A stretch of 32,000 nucleotides of DNA, taken from positions 1-32,000 of the forward strand of contig JALVPN010000041.1 in NCBI GenBank assembly GCA_027031765.1, written 5' to 3'. Below, one piece after another: positions 27,525 to 32,000 of this stretch (positions within the stretch are counted from its first letter, which is position 1; each line of letters opens with the position of its first letter). The stretch comes from Promethearchaeota archaeon (GTDB taxonomy: Archaea > Asgardarchaeota > Thorarchaeia > Thorarchaeales > Thorarchaeaceae). Made by a program: the position numbers and the translations under genes. The notes beneath the pieces were generated by a model that made no database searches, was not told the origin of the DNA, and saw only the letters and a list, made by a program, of their open reading frames with translations.

Positions 27525-27998
27525 ATGGCAAAGGCACAGAACCCACTTTTCCTGAGTCTGTACTCGTTCAACGTCGACAGAATCCTTGAGGAGTCCAGCA
27601 ACGTCGAGGAGGCCAATGAACGGCTCCGTACCCTCGGGAGGGAGCTGGCCCAGCAGCTCTACTTCTCTACAGACATTGAGGAGCGGAGCAAGGAGACCAT
27701 ACTTACACGTGAGGATGTCGCAAAGCTCGTGGAGGTGGTCTTCAGGGCACTCTTTGACAAGAAGCCCACCGAGATTGACCTGGAGTCGGCGCGCGGGTCA
27801 ATCAGGGTGTCCGACCGTGACTGCATATTCTGTCAGGACATTCACCTTGAGGGGGTGCGCGGGGTCGGGTACTGCGAGGTCTTCAGTGGCATCCTTGAGT
27901 CCATTCTTGAGTTCAAGGGTGTTGACTCGAAGGTCTTTGAGGAGCTCTGCAAGGCCACAGGGGCCGACTTCTGTGTGTGGAACATCCGTTTGATCTGA
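27525..27998 (+). CDS. Bet3/TRAPP-like V4R-fold protein
   Basis: LFLSLY...EEANERLRTLGREL...FRALFDKKP...YCEVFSGILESIL...LCKATGADFC; by eye this matches the Bet3 pattern (LFTLTY, VNKQLDKMG, AFKMYLG, YSNLLCGVLRGAL). Confidence 0.75.
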   Translation: MAKAQNPLFLSLYSFNVDRILEESSNVEEANERLRTLGRELAQQLYFSTDIEERSKETILTREDVAKLVEVVFRALFDKKPTEIDLESARGSIRVSDRDCIFCQDIHLEGVRGVGYCEVFSGILESILEFKGVDSKVFEELCKATGADFCVWNIRLI

Positions 27999-28120
27999 CC
28001 GGCACCCGGAGCGACACATGTTGCAGTCGCTATGAGATGGTCCGTTGTCATGTAGGCCATAGGTCAGCACAAAGCACTTAACTCACTATTCTGCCACAGG
28101 TGTAAACGGGAGAGTCCGCG

Positions 28121-28675
28121 ATGTCGAAGCAAGAAACCCTACATTGGTGGACTGGCAAGCTGAAAGAACGTGACCTGATGCGTGCGTTCTTTTCCAAGAC
28201 GTGGAACAAGATTGGCAGTCGGATTGCTGTGATGTTTCCCGACCGTGTCCGTGACCTCTACTACAGTGCAGGACGCCTTGCGGGCCTCGAGGCCCAGCGG
28301 GAGTACTTCAAGGTCGGGAAGCAGAAGCCCCCCGGCGACTTCAAGGGCATCGTTGAGTTCATCAAGATGGCCCTTGAGACCCTCATAATCCCGTTCGGTG
28401 ATGTCAAGATCACAAAGCTGTACAAGCTGTGGCTTGACGAGGAGGCAATAATCGAGATCAAGGACAACCCATACGCATCGGGATACCAGGCCGATGAGCC
28501 GTCGTGCTTCTTCCTGAAGGGCTTCATCGAGGCGGTTATGGAGTACCTGGCAGACTTCAACAGGCTCGAGTACGAGAAGATGTTGATTGTCGAGGAGACC
28601 TGCATGTCTGCAGGGGCGCCGTCTTGCACTTTCAAAATCACACTCTCGCACCCTGCACGCGGCCAGGAGCGGTAG
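28121..28675 (+). CDS. V4R-domain protein
   Basis: LYYSAGRLAG, DNPYA, PSCFFLKGFIEA, EETCMSAGAPSCTF. Confidence 0.85.
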   Translation: MSKQETLHWWTGKLKERDLMRAFFSKTWNKIGSRIAVMFPDRVRDLYYSAGRLAGLEAQREYFKVGKQKPPGDFKGIVEFIKMALETLIIPFGDVKITKLYKLWLDEEAIIEIKDNPYASGYQADEPSCFFLKGFIEAVMEYLADFNRLEYEKMLIVEETCMSAGAPSCTFKITLSHPARGQER

Positions 28676-28732
28676 TACAGACGTTACCCAAACACATTCC
28701 TTAAGTGGGTGGACACGAGTGTCGCACTGGTC

Positions 28733-29497
28733 ATGACTATGGGCCGAGTCAAGGTGAAGACCGCTGTCACTGTGGGCACTGCACTGATAGTGACTTCTGT
28801 ATTGTTCGGGGTGCTGCTCGTACTCCCCACTGCTGTAGACAACAACGGTGCTCCCCACTCATACCATGCTATGGGGCCTGCCCACCATGCCCTTGCTGCA
28901 CTCGACCTCACAGTATCTCTCCCGTGTACCAGTGCAGGCACCTCGGTGGTGCTCCCGGGCCAGTCCCTCCCAGCACTCGCGACCTCCACATCGTTTGCCC
29001 TGCTCACCGGGACCGTGGTCATTGAACGGAAGGGCACCAAGTGTCGTTCGGACCTCAGGATACGGGTTGTGGACATCATCGCCTCTGAGCCCGGTATCCA
29101 CTTGCGAGGAATACGCAGGGCCCTTGGCTGTGCCATGGGAGCCCTCCAGTACCACATTGCCCAGCTTGAGTCTGACGGGGAAGTCGTGTCGGTCCGGACT
29201 GGCAACGCGCGCCACTTCTTCGTGTCCACTTTTTCGGATGACGCACGCGTCCTGCATCTTGCATCCGTACTGCGGAACCCCACGGTCAGCGCAATCGTGC
29301 GGGCCTGTATGGATGCCAGTCCGGTCACGCAGGCGCAGATTGGCCGGGCCCTCAGCATTGACAAGAGCCTTGTGGCACACTATGTCCGGTCACTGCTCGA
29401 CGCCGATGTGCTGCGTATAGTGCCCACCTTTGGCCGTGAGCGTCCGCTCGCCCTGACCGACTGGGCAATGACAGCGCTGACAGACCTGCTCACGTGA
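28733..29497 (+). CDS. Membrane-anchored double winged-helix transcriptional regulator (COG3398-like)
   Basis: N-terminal TM helix; RVVDIIASEPGIHLRGIRRALG..GALQYHI..LE; second HTH TQAQIGRALSIDKSLVAHYVRSL; CCTTAAGT TATA ~30 nt upstream. Confidence 0.8.
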   Translation: MTMGRVKVKTAVTVGTALIVTSVLFGVLLVLPTAVDNNGAPHSYHAMGPAHHALAALDLTVSLPCTSAGTSVVLPGQSLPALATSTSFALLTGTVVIERKGTKCRSDLRIRVVDIIASEPGIHLRGIRRALGCAMGALQYHIAQLESDGEVVSVRTGNARHFFVSTFSDDARVLHLASVLRNPTVSAIVRACMDASPVTQAQIGRALSIDKSLVAHYVRSLLDADVLRIVPTFGRERPLALTDWAMTALTDLLT

Positions 29498-29578
29498 CTG
29501 GTCTCGTCCTCACCCCTCGTGACGACCCGGTCAGTCCGGGTAGGACACACAGACACAGACTGGAGGCCTCTCCACTTG

Positions 29579-30325
29579 ATGGACAACACCGACGATACGA
29601 CTGAGCCCCTCACAATTGAGGAGACCGTGGCCCCCGAGAGGGAGGTCGAGTTTGCCGTAAGGCTAACGGATGTGACACGTACCTATGTACTGGGAAAGCG
29701 CGAGATACATGCGCTCCAGGGCGTCAGCTTCGAAGTGCGTCCCGGTGAGTATGTGGTCGTCCGGGGCCCCTCTGGTTCCGGCAAGACCACACTGCTGAAC
29801 ATCATCGGCTGCATCGACCTCGCCACAAGTGGCCGTGTGGTGGTCATGGACGTCCCGATTGCCGAGTACGATGAGGTGTTCAGGGCCACTTTCCGCCTCA
29901 CGTACACCGGGTTCATCTTCCAGAGCTACAACCTGATCTCGACGCTCACGGCCATGGAGAACATCATGTTCCCGATGCAGCTCTCGGAGCAGCCGGAGAG
30001 TGAGGTGCGTGAGAGAGCTGCCATGCTGCTCGAGCGCGTGGGGCTTGCCGACCGGGCAGACCATCTCCCATGGCAGTTGAGCTCGGGTGAGCAACAGCGT
30101 GTGGCCATTGCACGGGCCATGGCGAACGACCCGCCAATCATCCTCGCAGACGAGCCCACTGCGAACCTCGACCAGGAGAGTGCCGGGATGATCCGCGAGT
30201 TACTGCGGGAACTGAACGGGGATGGCAAGACCGTGATTGTCATGACCCACGACGACGAGATAGTCTCGACGCCGGGTGCTCGCCGGTTTGTAATGGACGG
30301 GGGTGTGCTGCTCCAAGATGACTGA
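29579..30325 (+). CDS. ABC ATPase, LolD/MacB family
   Basis: GPSGSGKTT, GFIFQSYNL, LSSGEQQRVAIARA, ILADEPTANLD, MTHD; GGAGG SD. Confidence 0.93.
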   Translation: MDNTDDTTEPLTIEETVAPEREVEFAVRLTDVTRTYVLGKREIHALQGVSFEVRPGEYVVVRGPSGSGKTTLLNIIGCIDLATSGRVVVMDVPIAEYDEVFRATFRLTYTGFIFQSYNLISTLTAMENIMFPMQLSEQPESEVRERAAMLLERVGLADRADHLPWQLSSGEQQRVAIARAMANDPPIILADEPTANLDQESAGMIRELLRELNGDGKTVIVMTHDDEIVSTPGARRFVMDGGVLLQDD

Positions 30326-32000
30326 ACTCGACTTCGCCTCCCGCGACCTGAAGCGCCGCCCGTTCCGCACGGCCCTCGTCCTGCTGTCGATGGTCACAGT
30401 TGTCACGGCGACTACATTCCTGTACCTCTTTGCAAATGTCCTCTTGGACATCAGCCTGTTCGTTGTGTCCGAGGGGCCAATGGCGTCGCTCAGTGTGCTC
30501 TTTGAGACCTTCGTCTGGGCTGTGCTCCTCCTTGTCCTGATCCTCGGTGTGGTGGTCGTTGCAAGCACAGTGTCACTTGAAATGGCCAGCCGGTACAGGG
30601 ACATCGGCCTGATGAAGGCAGTCGGTACCACTGTCGATGTGCTCTTCGACCACTTCACAGCCCAGTCGGTGTTGCTCCTGGTCTCCAGTGTCGTCTTGGG
30701 TGTGGCCTCCGGTACGGCCATCTATCTCGCCTCGTTGTTGTGGCTTGCATGGGTGTTACCGGGCGTCCACTTCGTCTTCCAGTTCCCGTACCTACAGGTC
30801 GGGCTCCTGGCTGTGGTGTACTTGCTCACTGGCTACTTTGCAGCCCAGAAGGCGATATACGATGCTGTGCAGGAGCCCCCTGTCCATACACTGAACCCGG
30901 ATGTGGGGACCCGTGTTCAGAGGGCTGGCTTCCTTGATGGTCTGGGCCTCTCCTTCAGGATTGCAGCCAAGGCCACTGGACGCAGGTTCCATGGCACACG
31001 CAGGGTGATACTCTCCCTGTCCCTCGGCATCATGCTCGCCTCTGTCCTCTGGGTCGGTGGCGGCGTCGTCGAGGCCACCACCCACTCGTACGTCGAACGC
31101 GCTATGGGTAGGAACATCGTGGCTGTTGGTCACCCGGCCCTCCTTGACAGGTACTATGAGGCATACTCTCTCTATGGACGTCCCCTCAACGAGTCGTGCT
31201 CGTTCATAGACGACTCCTACATGGTGCCGGACAGCCTGGTCAGTGCCCTCGCTACTACAGACGGTGTCCTGCAGGTCGACGCACGCCTGATAGACTTCAC
31301 GACGGTGGAGGAAAAGCGTGGTGTGGTCTGGAACCCCACGCTGGAACAGTACGAGCTCATCGGTCAGGAGCGTACCGGCCAGGCACTGGTCGTTGGTGTG
31401 GACTGGGGGTCTACGGTTTCGGACTGGTACTATGAGGGTGAGCCAATCAACGCGACTGGACAGGTATGGGTGGGTGGCCGGCTTGCGACCACGATGTTTG
31501 ACGACCCCTTGGTACAGAGCATGGGCGTCCATGGCCGTGCCCTCAAGGTGCGTGCCATCATGTTCGACATCGTGAACAACGGGATGGTGGCGGTGACGAC
31601 GCGGGACTTCCTCCAAGAGGCACTGGGCACTGATGGCGTGAACCTCGTCCTCGTCCAGCTGGAAAGCTATGATGGTGTGCTCCTCTCACGGATTGAGGAC
31701 ATGGCTGCGGAGTACGGCCTTGGCATCTATCTGCAGGAGGAGGTCCTCAGTCAGAACCACAGGGTGATCTCCACCCTCTGGTCCCTCATATCGCCGCTGT
31801 CCCTGATGGCCTTCGCAAGCGCTTTCTTCAGCCTGACAGACTACCTGCTGGTGGCAGTATTCTCCAGGCTCCGAGACTATGTCATCATGCGTTCCATCGG
31901 TGCAAAGCCACTGTTCATAGCAAAGTGCATTGTTGCCGAGGGCCTCGACATGGGCCTGCGCGCTGCCGTCCCGGGCATTCTGGTCGGCGTCGTGCTGAGC
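30318..32000 (+). CDS. FtsX/MacB-type ABC permease, 3'-truncated by the window edge (absent from the ORF track)
   Basis: Manually translated open frame from ATG 30318 overlapping the ATPase stop; RRPFRTALVLL, RYRDIGLMKAVG, second unit RLRDYVIMRSIGA with a large extracellular domain. Confidence 0.9.
   Translation, partial: MTELDFASRDLKRRPFRTALVLLSMVTVVTATTFLYLFANVLLDISLFVVSEGPMASLSVLFETFVWAVLLLVLILGVVVVASTVSLEMASRYRDIGLMKAVGTTVDVLFDHFTAQSVLLLVSSVVLGVASGTAIYLASLLWLAWVLPGVHFVFQFPYLQVGLLAVVYLLTGYFAAQKAIYDAVQEPPVHTLNPDVGTRVQRAGFLDGLGLSFRIAAKATGRRFHGTRRVILSLSLGIMLASVLWVGGGVVEATTHSYVERAMGRNIVAVGHPALLDRYYEAYSLYGRPLNESCSFIDDSYMVPDSLVSALATTDGVLQVDARLIDFTTVEEKRGVVWNPTLEQYELIGQERTGQALVVGVDWGSTVSDWYYEGEPINATGQVWVGGRLATTMFDDPLVQSMGVHGRALKVRAIMFDIVNNGMVAVTTRDFLQEALGTDGVNLVLVQLESYDGVLLSRIEDMAAEYGLGIYLQEEVLSQNHRVISTLWSLISPLSLMAFASAFFSLTDYLLVAVFSRLRDYVIMRSIGAKPLFIAKCIVAEGLDMGLRAAVPGILVGVVLS

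Noticed and set aside
1-32000. Genome-wide TAG reassignment
   Set aside because: Many intact genes (hypB, traB-like, nikM, nikN, nadK, nob1, both oxidoreductases) terminate at TAG at their expected lengths

Overview
High-GC archaeal chromosomal segment, most likely an Asgard archaeon and probably Thorarchaeia. This is inferred from eL13, aIF5A, Nob1, PAC2, roadblock-domain and Bet3/TRAPP-like genes plus archaeal TATA boxes. The left three quarters is mostly housekeeping and metabolism: hypB, traB-like, mfnA, nikR divergent from a nikMNQO ECF nickel importer, Lrp, aIF5A, NAD kinase, Nob1, YjbQ, two oxidoreductases, LMW phosphatase, a lone porG, PAC2, aminotransferase, glnA, DUF72 and eL13. It also holds tRNA-His(GUG) with a ~30-nt D-loop insert and tRNA-Leu(CAG). 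From 23.5 to 28.7 kb lies a cluster of eukaryote-signature-like genes: a two-gene module (roadblock + 2x winged-helix protein, then a Bet3/TRAPP-like V4R protein) present twice, once intact and once decayed by frameshifts and TAG stops. The two copies flank two related 4-TM proteins, and a further V4R gene follows. The window ends in a wHTH regulator and a MacB/LolD-type ABC ATPase plus a truncated FtsX-type permease. All calls come from motif recognition and by-eye alignment; no database searches were run.
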